DNA of 64,000 nucleotides from Raja brachyura (lineage: Eukaryota): positions 40,300,001 to 40,364,000 of the forward strand of contig OY740795.1 in the NCBI GenBank assembly GCA_963514005.1, written 5' to 3'. Made by a program: the position numbers and the translations under genes. Each line of letters opens with the position of its first letter. Within the stretch, counting starts at the first letter, position 1. Positions 24,478-38,320 of the stretch are shown here, one piece after another. The notes below the pieces were generated by a model, which worked only from the letters and a program-made list of their open reading frames with translations, did not search any database and was not told the DNA's origin.

Positions 24478-27400
24478 TATGGCGGCGCACACAGTTGCAG
24501 CAGCTCAATGTTCTTTCGGTCGGTGCTTTGTGCTCTTTGTGTACGTGTTGTTTTTTGTCCCGTGTACTTTCTGTGGGGCGAACAACGTCTACGGCCGGCA
24601 TGATCACCTTAGGATTGGAGCTGGTCACGAGCGGAGTGTTACAGCCGGAGTGTTACATGTCCGTTCACACAAGATCCCGGTGGACATAGCTAGGAGCCCC
24701 GGCTCTCCGTGGATTACCATCCCCGCGGGGGGGAGGCGAAGGCGGCGCAGAGAGAGAAGGCAAAAGCGAAGCTGCAGGGCCGGCGCGCTAGCCAGGCAAC
24801 GGAGGCAGCTACTGAAACCACCGCTTCCCAGCCTGTTTCTTACGAATGCCAGATCCATCGCTAACAAGATGGATGAACTGAGGCTTCAGACTGCAGCTAA
24901 CAACGTCGTGAAGGATAGCTGGCTTCATTCATTAATTCCGGACTCTGCTATCGAGCTAGCAGGCTACACCGCACAGCATCATGACAGGACAAGAGACTCC
25001 GGTAAGAGCAGAGGAGGAGGGCTCTGTGTGTAAGTGAACAACAACTGGTGTATTAACACAGGGATTGTAGACAGTCACTGCTCCCCGGACCTGGAGTATG
25101 TGACTGTTAAATGCAGGCCCATTTATCTCCCTAGAGAGTTTACTGTCGTCATGATAACTGCTGTGTACGTACCACCGGATGCTAATGCTACCCAAATTCT
25201 ACCAGGCAATGCTCCCCATATTCTACCAGCATGTTAAATGTGCTACAAGAGGAGCTAACACACTGGACAAGGTCTACTCCAACATCAAGCTGGGCTACAG
25301 GGCTAGACAACTACCACACCTGGGTCAGTCGGACCATATGTCCCTGCTTTTAATACCTGCATATGCCCCCCTCAGGAAAACTGCTCCTATCATCACAAAG
25401 CCCATCACAACTTGGCCTGATGGTGGCTCTCAGCTGCTGCCGGACTGCTTCGACAGGACCAACTGGGATGTGTTTGAGCACCAGGACCTGGAGGTGTTCA
25501 CGGACAGTGTACTATGTTACATTAAAAATTGCATGGACACTGTCACAGTTTCACAAATGCATCCGTGTCTAACCCAACCAGAAGCCCTGGATGACCCGGG
25601 AGGTCCAGCGGATGTTAAAAGAGAGGAACACCGCTTTTAGGTCTGGCGATAGGGTTTTATACAGCACGGCCCAAGTTAACCTGAAGAGAGGCATCAGAGA
25701 GGCCAAATCAAACTACAGGAGAAGGATAGAGGACCACCTGGACAGTACCAACAGCAGGCATGTGTGGCAGGGGAACCAGTATCTCACCAACTACAAGACC
25801 AACCTTGGAGCTGCTGAAGGTGATGCCTCGCTGGCAGAGGAGCTGAACCTCTTCTTTGCTCGCTTTGAAGTGGAGCCACCAGAGACAGCCATATCACACC
25901 ACATGGTCCACAGCAGCTTAACCCTCAAAATAGAGGAGCATGAGGTGAAGCGCGCACTGCGGGCCATGAATCCGAGGAAGGCTGCTGGACCCGACGGCAT
26001 CTCTGGACGCGTGGTGAAGGACTGCAGACCAGCTGGCTGCAGTATTTACGAGGATCTTCAAGCAGTCTCTGGCCCAGTCCACTGTCCCACCCTGTCTGAA
26101 GTCCTCCACCATATTCCCCTTGCCCAAAAACCCCCCACATTTCCAGCCTCAACGACTACCGGCCAGTCGCACTCACACCAGTGGTGATGAAGTGCTTTGA
26201 AAAACTGGTCCGGGGTCACATCACATCACTCCTGCCCTGAAGCTTTGACCCCCACCAGTTTGCGTACAGAGCGAACAGATCCACAGAGGACGCTGTAGCC
26301 ACAGCCCTCCATGCTGCACTCTCCCACCTGGAGCAGCGGGGAAGCTACCTGCGGATGCTCTTTGTGGACTACAGCTCTGCTTTTAACACCATCCTTCCCC
26401 ACAAACTGGTGAACAAACTGGGGCACCTGGGACTTCTACACTCCACCTGCATGTGGATGAATAGCTTCCTGTCGGGTCGCAGCCAGAGAGTCAGAATGGG
26501 CCATCACACATCCACGGCCCTCAGCGTCAGTACCGGCTCTCCACAGGGCTGCGTGCTGAGCCCCCTGCTCTACACCATCTACACATATGACTGCACCCCC
26601 GCCCACCACAGCAACATTGTCAAATTTGCGGATGACACCACGGTGGTGGGGCTCATCTCTGGGGGGGGGGGACGAGTACACTTACAGGGATGAGGTGGAG
26701 CAGCTGACAGTGTGGTGTGGAGAGAATAACCTGCTCCTCAACATCTCAAAGACAAGGGAGCTCATAATAGACTACAGGAAGAAGAAAACGGACATTACAC
26801 CACTAATCATCAGAGGGGACTGTGTGGAGAGGGTGGCGGATTTCCACTTCCTGGGAATCCACATTGAGGAGGACCTGACATGGAGCGTGAACACCTCTGA
26901 GCTACTGAAAATGGTCCAGCAGAGACTGCACTTCCTGAGGGTGCTCAGGAAGAACAACATCACCAAGAGACTCCTGCTGTCCTTTTATCGGTGCTCCATA
27001 GAGAGCATCCTAACATACTGTGTATGCATGTGGTACACCAGCTGCACATCGGCCCAGAGGAAAGCGCTCCAGAGGGCTATTGACAACGCCCAGAAGCTTG
27101 TCGGCTGCCCTCTCCTCACTTTGGAGGACCTACACAGTTCCCACTGTCTCAAGAAATCCCAGAACATTATAAAGGACATTTCACACCACGGCCACTCCCT
27201 ATTTGAACTGTTGCCGTCAGGCAGATGGTACAGATCAATGAGGACAAGGACAGATTAAAAAAGTTTTTATCCCACAGTAATAACTACACTTATTGTAGCC
27301 ACCAAATAAGCGCAGTTGCGCTACATACCAAATGGATTTTGAAATCGACAGAAGAATGTATGGTTGTGTGTTTATGCTTATTTTATGGTGGTGTGTGTAT

Positions 27401-27515
27401 GCTTACGTATCGTTAGCTTTTAGAAATGTGTGAATGGTGCACTGACTGGTTGGCATTTTAATTTTGTTGTACATGTTCACATGTTATAATGACAATAAAG
27501 ATTATCTATCTATAT
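24478..27515 (+). mobile_element. Near full-length non-LTR retrotransposon (Rex1/Babar-like), APE + RT, inactivated by frameshifts and stops
   Basis: NARSIANKMDEL, RGGGLC, CRPIYLPREFT..AVYVPP, GQSDH (APE); KAAGPDGI, LFVDYSSAFNTI, GSPQGCVLSPLLY, KFADDTTVVGLI (RT); AATAAA plus (TATC)n tail. Confidence 0.9.
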
Positions 27516-28109
27516 CCCGGGAAAAAGATTATGCATTCACCATATATATTCACCTCGTGGTTTTTACTGACCTCGATTTTTGCTTTATTTTCAACTTCCA
27601 GCACCTGCAGATTTTTGAGCGGGAAATTTGTGATCAGCATGAGAATTTTGTGAAATGCGTGAGTCTCACGCTCAATGCGTGAGAGTTGGCAGCCCTGCCA
27701 ATGGGTAGGCAACATCTGTGGAGGAACTGGACAGACAACATTTTGGACATTAATCAGGCTGCTTGGTGGATGGAAAATCATCATAATAAAAAAAATAAGA
27801 TGAATGATCCCATAAACATATGACCTTAAAAGGAATCATCTCATTAGGTGCATTAGTGGGGGTGTGGAAAACTGATCGTCAATAACGCTTTCAGGATGTG
27901 CTATAAAGGTACATCTTACAAATTCAGCCATTCGTGCCTCTTTACATGTGTGTTTATTGAGGCTTGGAAGAAGGTAAATATAAAATAGCTATTAAAATGA
28001 CGGCAGACTACTGCACTGATGTTTTAAATAATCCATCTGTCTCCTGTGAGCTGATTGGTCACATGGCCACCTGTGTTAAATCAGGAATCAGATTGAACAT
28101 CCGGCTGGA

Positions 28110-28950
28110 CATCCGGTGGCGCTGTTGCTAGCTGCCTCCGCCCACAGTCTGGCTGTCTTTTGTTTTTTTTGTTATGTTTAAAGTATGTTTTGTTTAGTTT
28201 TTTCAGTATCTTATGTGGGGTAAGAGGGTATAGTAAGGGGGAAACGTCCTTCAGTCACTTCCTGAGTCGTCACTTCAGTCACATCTGAGTCGCGCCCTCA
28301 ACCCGCTCCTCGCGGCCTAACTGGATTGGTGCAACCTTTCCTGCCGGACCGGAGCTTCAGCAGCGCCGGCGAGGTGCTGGAAATATCGCGGAGCGGACGC
28401 GGCCTTACCTGGAATCGCCGCTTGGAGCTCCGGAGTGTTGGGCTGCTGCTCCAACATCGCAGAGCTATGGGTGCGGAGCTCCCAACGCGGGTGGCGCTGA
28501 CCTCGACATTGCGGAGTCCTGGGACCCTTTGCCAGGGGTCGCTAGCGCGAATATCTGCCCAGCGCGGTCTGTGGACATTGGGAGCCGCGGACTTTGGTGA
28601 AAGGTGGCCGATTCAGATGTCCAGACCGCTGAGGATGTTCTCCCGTTCGACGCCGGGGTTCCATCGTTCCCGGTGAGAGGGCCTGAACATCGGGCCGCCC
28701 GTCGGGCGACTGCAGGGGGCTCAGGAGGACCCGACTATGGGTGAAAATTGGGGAACATTGGTGATGAGGTTGACTGGACTTTGGTTCCTTCCCTCACAGT
28801 GGGGAACTTTGGTGTCGCTATGGGGATGTTTGTGTTACTGTGTTCTGTGTTTTTGTGTTTTTGATTATTTGTATGACCAAGGGAAAAATAATTTTGTTGT
28901 CTCTTAATTGAAGACAATGACAATAAATTAAATCAAATGAAATCAAACTA
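28110..28950 (+). mobile_element. GC-rich non-autonomous retroelement (unclassified)
   Basis: Sharp CpG-rich island in intergenic DNA ending in AATAAA plus (AAATC)n-like tail; no credible ORF. Confidence 0.55.
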
Positions 28951-30369
28951 GGCAGGTTTAGTCCCTTAGTCCCTGCCTGTTCTTGAGAGTTTAGATTTAA
29001 CCCAAATATGTCTTAAAATGGAATGACTACTGTGTGTCTTAGTACTGAATGTCATTTCCATGTAAGACAGGATATCAGGTTGAGACAATACCGTTGGAAA
29101 GTACAAGGAACTTCAAATAAAAATTGCCAGTCATAATTAGATAAATGGACCATTGCTTTAATGGGAAGAAATTATTTACAGTGCTATACACAGTAGTCAA
29201 TTACATGTTAGAATCATCCTGAATATTAATTATTTACCCTGTACCAAAAGTATTTTAATTACATTTTAAAGATGTGGCTATCAAATCAAAAGGTAAGATT
29301 TCAGTTCTTAAAGATAGTGCATACAAATTTCATTCAAAATCTTCAAGCCATCCAAATTTCTTTACAGATATAGCAGTATAACATACTCCTGCAAAATATG
29401 TTAGGTTAATTTGAGAATTCTCAATATTTAGAAAAAAATAAAATAACAAATGCAACCATACACAAAGCATTAAAAAAAAGAGTCAAAGTACAATTGACCA
29501 ACAAGTGGATTTCAAAAGCATATTTGAATGTGCACACTTAGTGCCAGTGACCACATAAATTTCTACCTCAAACAATTTCCATTCATGCATGCAAGATGTT
29601 TTTAACCTATCTTTTCTTCCCTTTGCTATATAATGGATGGTAATATCAATGCATGCCCATCAATTCTCCCAACAGCAATCGTGCCAAGCTGTGTATGTGT
29701 GGGTCACAGGTTTGTAGCTTAGTGAGTGGTGAGTCCAAGAGTGAATCTTCTTAACCAGTGGAATTTAATATTTGAGAAAGAAATAAAGGAAGGAATGAGG
29801 AGGATGAAATGGTGTGATGGAACTCGGTGTCAAATCAGAGTCACAACGAGGAATATGCAACAGGAAAGAAAGATTCAAAAAAACTGGTTAGCAAAATAAA
29901 TTGCATTTCCCTAAATTAAAATTTTATTAAAAACAGAAAATCTAATACCAATGTCTATCCAGTGCACAGTTAATGTGAAATGTAGCAACCTCTAGAAGGT
30001 CCATGGTGAGCTGCTGGTTTTTACAAGGCTGAAGAAAGACTGGCTAAAATCACTTGCTGGTTGATAATTCATGTATAATCTCTTCAACATCAAAGGATGG
30101 TGGCCTGTTTACGCATTAATATTGTTCTAACACTTATTTATTCATCTTATTCCTGTTAGGATTGTAAATGATTTAGAGAGTTCTGCAAAGAGACGGCACC
30201 ACAAATGTATTTCCAGTCTTACAAACAATACACATTTGGAACATTCCCCATTTAAAGTAATTTTACAATGAAACAACAAGGCAACTCAAAGTGAGGATAG
30301 ATGAGAATTAGGCACATATTTATCCTTGAGAGATAATCCACTATCTATTGCTCTGTATTCTGTGCATTG

Positions 30370-30489
30370 TTAGAGCACTTTTCTTATACAAGCTACCAGG
30401 TCCTGTGGTGTCGGTTTTTCAGCACTACAGCTCACAGTCAATCCCTCTGATTCCATGGCTTCAGCTGTTGTTGGTCCTATTGCTGCAAA
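30370..30489 (-). CDS. UROS: Uroporphyrinogen-III synthase, last exon
   Basis: [39 protein letters not shown]. Confidence 0.94.
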   Translation of the reverse strand, partial: FAAIGPTTAEAMESEGLTVSCSAEKPTPQDLVACIRKVL

Positions 30490-30794
30490 CTAAAAAGAAA
30501 CAAATTTAACAAAATAACCAATTTTTCAACTAACATGGATGAATGAATGAAATGTATCACATTTAAGAGAAAGCAATGTTGCCAGGGTACTGTACAGCAC
30601 GAGGCTTTTCATCTTATTGTGCATGTTGTCCAAAAGATTTACTGGGGTAGTTACCTAATCCCTCAGTAATCCCTTACTAATTCTCAACTCATGACCCATC
30701 ACCTTCAGAGTTACAGTACTCGAAACACGTCTAGTCTTGACCTGTTACAGAGCTCATAGATGGTTAAATAGTTTTGTACAGGGAAAATACACAA

Positions 30795-32030
30795 ACATAT
30801 AAATTATGAGTGTGAGTAGGCCACTCAAGATCATGATCATTTTGAATGTACCCTGAACTCCATATTTCCATATACTCCAGTAACTTTTCACCCCTTATCA
30901 AACATAATTACAACTTTTCTCTAAGGAAGTTTCTCAAACTCACAACACTCTGGGAGAAAAAAAATCTAGTCCTTGACATAAAACAGCCAATCGTTTTATT
31001 TTTTTTGGTTTTGTTTATTATTGTCCAGAATGAGCACTTGCTCTATGTTATCCCACAAGATAAAGCTATCCTTTTTATAACTTTGTTAAGATATCCAAGG
31101 ATCTATATATTTTAATCAGACTCTTCTTCCTCTACTGAGCAGTTATAAGGTTAGCTTGTCCACCCTTTCAATAACTGACTCGTACTAGGTCTCTGTCTTG
31201 TAATCTTTCCCCGACCAACTTCCAATGCATTTACAACTTTCCCTAAACAAGGATGTACAGAGTATTCAAGATGTGGTCTCCCCAAAACACAAATGCTTGA
31301 AGCTGAACCTCCTAATCTTTGTACGTAATTCCGTTAACATTAGACTGAAACATTCTTCCATCCTTCCTAATTACCTGTTGCACTTACATTCCAGTCCTAT
31401 GTAAAAAAACATAATGGAACAATATCTCAATATCTCAGACATCTGCAATCTCTATTAGATGATTCACTCTTCTTAGTTTTACCTGCCTAAATGGACAATT
31501 TCACAATTGCCAGATCTTCATCCACTCAGTTAATCTATATAAATCCCTCGGCAACTTTCTAAATGTTATTTCTAAATGTTATTTCTAACTACTTTTGTGC
31601 CTTATCCTTTGCAATCTTATCTTTGGTGCCTTCATCCAAGTCAATGATACAATCTATAAAGATTTGAGGACCAAGCATTGATCCTTCTGGCGCACCCACA
31701 TAACATCTTGCAAACAGAAATTACCTATTTCAACCTACTCTGTTTCTTATTAGCCAGACAATCTATGCCAAAGATAGACACAAAATGCTGGAGTAAATCA
31801 GCGGGTCAGGCAATATCTCTGGAGAAAACCAATAGATGACGTTTTGAGTCAGAACCCTTTTTCAAACTCCATGCCTATATGCTGTCTTCTGGACCAAGAA
31901 CTCTTCCAGTTGGCAAGCTCATTTCCATCCATGTCCATGTTGCCCTCCAAATCATTTTGTTTTCCATAATAATGTTTGATTGGCACTAGATCAAATGCTC
32001 TTTGGAAATCTAGGTTGAAACCATTCCACA
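30795..32030 (-). mobile_element. Old CR1 LINE fragments with a nested Penelope repeat (31775-31865)
   Basis: LDFQRAFDLVP peptide; decayed CR1-like sequence. Confidence 0.6.
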
Positions 32031-32694
32031 TTCTCCAGACGTTCCCAGGCAACCCTGGAAATGTGATCCTTTCCAGAAGTGTATCCAATTCCTTTTAGAA
32101 TGCAAAAAATGCATGTACCCGCCACTGCTTACCCTGGCTGCGCTGTCATGTTTTTAACAACACCCACGTAATTTAAACAATGGGGTTATTTTTGGTTCTT
32201 TGCCAATCAGCATTATTCTATGCATACTAGTTCCTTAACCTTTTGTCATTCATCGAAGCAAAACAATTAATATACAAGAGGACATTTGGTCTAACAGTTC
32301 TGTGCCAGTTGGAAAAAGATCTACTTTGAACTTGTTCCATTGCTCTGCAGGTCGCAGCACTTCAATTACGCAATGAAGTATTTCTTAAATGTGACAAGGC
32401 TTTCTACCTTTCAAATATTTCCAAGCATTCCTGAGCACCTTTCTTCAAGAAGGGAAGAAAGGTAGTCAGGACTGCCTGGAAATGTGGGAGAGGTATAGAT
32501 TACTTTAACATGGGACTCCACGGATTTAAAGCAAATAGATCCTTCCTACTTACTCTGTCTAGGCCTCTCGTAATTTTACAATAGATGTCTCCTTGGCTTC
32601 TTCTGTTCCATGAAAATAAACTTTCAAAGGGATGATTAAAAGGATTTTAAGATCAGTCAAGCACAACAAGAAAGGCATTTTACAAATACTGTAC

Positions 32695-32793
32695 CTTGAT
32701 TTGATTAATGGAATCTCCAGCCAAAGTTTGAATGGTCTTCAAACAAAATCTGACACCAGAAGGACTGAAAAATGTAATACTTGCTGGGATTCC
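32695..32793 (-). CDS. UROS: UROS coding exon 8
   Basis: [33 protein letters not shown]; AG/GT boundaries. Confidence 0.94.
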
Positions 32794-33457
32794 CTAGCAG
32801 AAAAGAGGAAAACAGTTTATTTTCTAGTTTGAAACTGTAAATTACCTTGAGAAGCTGGATCATATTTCACTGGCCTTGTCCTGCTGCATTTGGTTTTGCC
32901 ATGCTCAGAACGTACATGGAAAGTTTTGTTGGCCTATAGTATCCCAAGCTCTCACTGTGTGATCTATATATTGGTTGGTGCAATGACGAACAAAACCCCT
33001 ACTCCAGAAACGCCACTGAAAGATTGACAACTGGTATACGCCACCCTCAGATTTTTGTTGCAAAGCTACCGTTAATTCGTTTTTAAAGGACTGACATAAA
33101 AGTAATGAATAATTAATAAAATGAAAACTAAATAATTATTCTAAAATTAAACATTAACTATCATCAGCTCAAAATACTTATAATTAAAAACTATAAACTA
33201 ATCTGAAATAATTCAAAACAAGGAACTTATCTTTCCATTTACCTTCAAATCTACAATGTTATAATTCCTATTAAAATCAGTACAGTTTCAGATCCTTAAC
33301 AGCAGTTTTACACTTCCTTTCTCTTTAAAAGTTGCACATAATGTGGCCATCAGAGAGATTGGGTTATCTGGCAGAATCCACTGAATAATTCATTTACAGT
33401 GTCTTATTTCATTTAGGATAAATAGGAATGTACTACATAATGATCTGAATTGCATAC

Positions 33458-33543
33458 CTGCTCTGAAAAATAATCACTTAAAGCCTGCTGGAAGGAAGGG
33501 TGTGCAGATGTTTGATAGATGGCGAGACTGTCCAAAGGCACAT
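33458..33543 (-). CDS. UROS: UROS coding exon 7
   Basis: VPLDSLAIYQTSAHPSFQQALSDYFSEQ; phase 1 to 0. Confidence 0.92.
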
Positions 33544-33905
33544 CTGAAACCAGTATAAATATTTGTAAGCTTTAAGAAAAGTTAATACTGTAGCGCAAAA
33601 GCTCTAAGCATTGTATCATCACTTTGTGTACATTGTTCTCTATAGAAATGCAGCGGTTCTTAATCAACATTATTTCCTATGAGGATTGATTAAAACTATT
33701 GCATCAACTAAGATTGATTTTGAGCAAGTGTAGAAGACACATATATTCTAGTAAAATATTAGAACGAAAAGGGAAGGTTTTCAAACATTTCTGAGAAATT
33801 TGGCTTTCACTTTTGAGAAATAGGTCTAGATTTAAATTCTAAATGCAATTCTATTTTAATTATATATTTTCATCACTAATTGTTCCTCACAGAATTAATA
33901 CCTAC

Positions 33906-33989
33906 TCTTTTCATGTAGGCATCTGGGGAGTGTCTCTCTTTTAAGTGTACCACATGGAAATAGAAGAGGCAGGGAAATTGAAGAATTTT
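33906..33989 (-). CDS. UROS: UROS coding exon 6
   Basis: NSSISLPLLFPCGTLKRETLPRCLHEK; phase 1 to 1. Confidence 0.93.
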
Positions 33990-34201
33990 CTGTTGAAAGC
34001 AGAACGAGATTTTTAATTAACAAAGACTCTACACAGCATTATAAAATCTAATCAAAATAACCACAAGATGCAAATCGACATTTTCCATCTATGAAATTGG
34101 GAGGGAGGGGACGTGGTCGTACAAATAATTAAGAGGTGCTTAATTCCCATCGCAAATCTGTGAATTCACTTTTGGGTCTTTCCAATAGCATCTTATCATT
34201 G

Positions 34202-35478
34202 GTACACAAAAGGCTGGAGAAACTCAGCGGGTGCAACAGCATCTTAGGAGCGAGGGAGATGGGCAACGTTTCAGCCGAAACCCTTCTTCAGACTGATGGG
34301 AGGTGGGGAGGCGGGGAGAAGAAAGGAAAAAGGAGGAGGAGCACGAGGGCTGAGGGAGAGGTGGGAAGGGGAGGAGACAGCAAGGGTTAACAGAATTGAG
34401 AAAATTCAATGTTCAAGCCCAGAGGATGCAGACTCCTCAAGCGAAATATGAGGTGCTGTTCCTCCAATTTGCGGTGTTGCTCACTCTGGCTGTGGAGGAG
34501 GCCCAGGACAGAGAGGTCGGATACGGAATGAGAGGGGGAATTGAAGTGCTGAGCCACCGGGAGGTCGGGTTGGTTATTGCGGACCGAGCGGAGGTGTTCG
34601 TCGAAACGATCGCCAAGTCTCCGCTTGGTCTCACTGATATAGATCAGCTGGCATTTAGAACAGCGGATGCAGTAGATCAGGTTGGAGGAGGTGCAGGTGA
34701 ACCTCTGTCGAACCTGGAAGGGCTGCTTGGGTCCCTGAAAGGAGTGGAGGGGGGAGGTAAATGGACAAGTGTAGCATCTCTTGCGGTTGCAAGGGAAAAT
34801 GCCCGGGGAAGGGGTGGAGCGGGAGGGAAGGGAAGAATTGACAAGGGAGTTGCGGAGGGAGCGGTCTTTGCGGAAGGCAGATGGGGGGAGATGGGAAGAT
34901 GTGGCGAGCGGTGAGGTCACGTTGGAGGTGGCGAAACTGGCGGAGGACTATGTGTTGTATGTGCCGGCTGGTGGGGTGAAAGGTGAGGACCGGGGGACTT
35001 TGCCCTTGTTGCGAGTGGGGGAATGGGGAGAGAGGGCAGTGTTGCGGGGTATGGAGGAGACCCTGGTGCGAGTCTCATCTATAGTGGGGGAGGGGAATCC
35101 CCGTTCTCTGAAGAATGAGAGCATTTGTGATAACCTGGTGTGGAACACCTCATCCTGGGAGCAGATGCGGCGTAGACGGAGGGATTGGGAATAGGGGATG
35201 GAGTCCTTGCAGGAAGCAGGGTGGGAGGAAGAGTAGTCCAGGTAGCTTTGGGAGTCAGTTGGTTTGTAGTGGATGTCGGTCAGGAGTGTATCACCTGCAA
35301 TAGAGATGGTGAGGTCAAGGAATGGTAGGGAAGTGTCGGAAATGGTCCAAGTGTATTTGAATGCCGGATGGAAGTTGGTGGTGAAATGGATGAAGTCAGT
35401 CAGTTGTGTGTGGGTGCAGGAGGTGACACCAAAGCAGTTGTCGATGTAACGGAGGTAGAGGTCGGGGATGGGGCCGAA
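34202..35478 (-). mobile_element. 5'-truncated Penelope-like element (RT end, GIY-YIG endonuclease, terminal repeat)
   Basis: LRYIDNCFG (RT, DD changed to DN); CNRKRCYTC...NLIYCIRCSKCQLIYISETKRRLGDRFDEH (GIY-YIG); terminal repeat 34202-34295; possible TSD TTATCATTG at 34193-34201 and 35515-35523. Confidence 0.9.
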
Positions 35479-36314
35479 ATATATTTTCTTAATATATTTT
35501 TAAATAGTTAATTGTTATCATTGATCTCTGTAGTATATGTACACCATTCACATAATCTATTTTATTTACTCTGACACATCATTTGAAATTTGAAATTGCC
35601 AATTAGCTAGTGATTTTCTTAATATATTTTAAAATCGTTCATTGTTATACAAAAACCTGAAACTGCCAACAATAAAACTATCTGAAAGCAGAGCTGTGCT
35701 AACATGCCTGGGCAGACATAGACGATGCTGCTTTATATGACTCACAACAATATGCAAAGGAATGCCCAACTTTAATCTAGCAACTGCACATTGCATTCCA
35801 CCAATACTATCATGGAATAATTGAATCAGCACAGCTGATAGAATACCTAATAGGATTGATTATCTCCAACTATCGCACATATTATTAACACTTACTATTT
35901 GCTACTAAAAACAAATTCAGTATAATAACTGATACATTGAAGAATATGCGAAAACTCTCATAAAAAGAGTTGAGACAAAGACTATCACAATGTTAAAATA
36001 CATGTGGACAGGTACATGGATAGGATAGGTTTACAAGGATGTTGACCAAATGCAGGCAGATGGGACTAGTGTAAATGGGGCATGTTTGTTAGAGTGGGTA
36101 GGTTCGGCTGAAGGCCATGCTTCCACGCTGTCTGATCCATGATTCTAAATCAACCAGTTTAGTTACTTTTTCATCTTAAATAAAAAAACATTTTTTGTAT
36201 AAAAATCAGTATGATATTATGTGTGAAAGTTGTTCATATGCATAAATGTCCACAGCAATAAAATGTGTGAACTACATACGAAAAAAAAAGAATTCTAAAT
36301 GTTTATTCACTTAC

Positions 36315-36389
36315 TTATACAGATGTAGGCAGCTAATTTTTCAGCATTTCCAGATTCTTCTCCTAGTGGTGCAAGGCCAATTTCCTTTA
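36315..36389 (-). CDS. UROS: UROS coding exon 5
   Basis: KEIGLAPLGEESGNAEKLAAYICI; aag acceptor, gtaagt donor. Confidence 0.92.
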
Positions 36390-37264
36390 CTTATAACAAG
36401 GAAAAAATATGTTTTACTGATTGCTGAACTATATACTATCAATCAATCAGGGAACCCATGACCACACAACCACACCCATTTCCAGTTCTTACTCCCCCCC
36501 CTATCCCTCCATTATTTCCTATTTTCTTTCACCTCCCCCATCTGCTCTACCTGGCCAGCACTCGCACACTCCTCCCTCTGTGTCCTTATCCCCACAAACC
36601 CATTGTTCCCATCAGCCCACTACCCCTCCCTTATTTGGTTCCACTCTTTTTTAAATCAGATTGTATAATCTTCAGATGTTTATCATCTCCACATCTCTGT
36701 CCAGTCTCTATTGCCATCTCTGCCCTTCCCTCCACCATGTGACTCTATTTGCCAATCGACCTCTACTTGCCTGATCCATCTATCGCTTGCGAGCTCTTGG
36801 CCCATCCCTCTTTAGGTTAGCTACTTCCCTTCTACTCTCTCAGTCCAGATGAAGGGTCTCACTCCAAAGCTTTGACTGTCCATTTCACTCCATAGATGCT
36901 GCCTGGCCCCCTGAGTTACTCTAGCAGTTTGTTTAATGCTCCAGACTACAGCATCTTCATAACAGCTTTTGGTCCTTGCCTGACACAATTAATTTTATAT
37001 TTTCCCATTTACTCGCAGGTATTCCATTACTGCTTTTAATCCTATTTTGTTTCTATTCTTCACTCCCAGGCATCTGATTCTCATCTTGTGAAAATGGGAA
37101 ATGTCAAAAGGCTACAAAAGGCTAAATTAGTATCGTATTCTAAATCTATTCCAAAATTATTTTTTACTGTATAGCTTTTCAGAAACATAATTAATTTACC
37201 ATTTATTTCCCCTCCAAGTATTACTTTACATATCTGTAATATACATTAAACTAACTTTTCTTAC

Positions 37265-37342
37265 CCAAATTTGCTGTAGATTTTCCCACAACATAGATAG
37301 GTTTTTCATTCCATTGTTTTCTTAAAGAATTATTGTACCATG
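37265..37342 (-). CDS. UROS: UROS coding exon 4
   Basis: WYNNSLRKQWNEKPIYVVGKSTANL; phase 1 to 1. Confidence 0.92.
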
Positions 37343-37811
37343 CTGTTAAAAAAAAAGGAAATTTGATTAATATAAATAAAGAAATTTAGTTCAAGATTAT
37401 AGATTTCCTGATATTATATTACCAATTGCTTCTCCTTAAGCTTTTCACTGTATCTCAATACGTGACAAAATAATTCAATGCCAATAATTACCAATCACAA
37501 TCAACAATATTACCAAATGTAATTTTTTTCAGAGTTTGCATTTAAAGAAAACGTTGCTAGCCTATAATATGTATAGATCAGTAAACAATTATTTAATGAT
37601 AAGGCATTAAAAAGCAAGTGGACAAAATGTACAAAAAAACAAATGCTGGGAGAATCAGCAGGTCAGGCAGCATCTGTGGAGGGAAATACACAGACGTTTT
37701 TTTTGGATTGAGACATTACAAGATTGATTGAATGGATAAATACTAGTTATGTCGAGAGATTGGAAAAGCTGGGGTTATTCTCCTCACAACACAGGATATC
37801 AAATAATAAAG

Positions 37812-38320
37812 AGACAGAGTACAGAAAGGAGATTGAGAACCTTGTAACTTGGTGCTGAGACAACAACCTTTCCCTCAATATCAGCAAGACAAATGAGATT
37901 GCGATGGACTTTGGGAAGCCAAGTGTTACACATACACTGACGGCGCTGAAGAAGAGATGGTTGAAAGCTTCAACTACTTTGGAGTAAATATCATGAGCAA
38001 CTTGTCCTGGACCCCCCCCTATTGAAGCAATGGCTGAGAAAGCAGAACAACTCCTCTACTTCCTTAGAAGACAAGAACTTTGGAATGTTCCTAACTCTTA
38101 CCAACTTCTATAGATGAGCCATGGACATTTTGTTATCGGGATGCATCACAGTGGTTCAGGAACAGTTCTATCCAAGACTGCAAAAAATTGCAGAGAGTTG
38201 TGGATGTAGCCCAGACCATTACACAAACCAACCTTTCTTCCAGTGACTCCATCTATACTTCATGCTGTCTCAGCAAGTACACCAGCTTATTCAAGACCGA
38301 GTTTCACCACGGTCACTCAC
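37812..38320 (+). mobile_element. LINE RT 3' fragment (Rex/Babar- or L2-like)
   Basis: LQRVVDVAQTITQTNL..IYTSCCL, same family as 13255-13890. Confidence 0.65.

Noticed and set aside
32845-32964. AG...GT-bounded segment on the minus strand that could be an extra UROS exon
   Set aside because: No polypyrimidine tract, only ~50 nt from the next acceptor, and UROS is already complete without it
34396-35194. Plus-strand ORFs of 172 and 137 aa
   Set aside because: Antisense shadows of the Penelope RT/GIY-YIG frame
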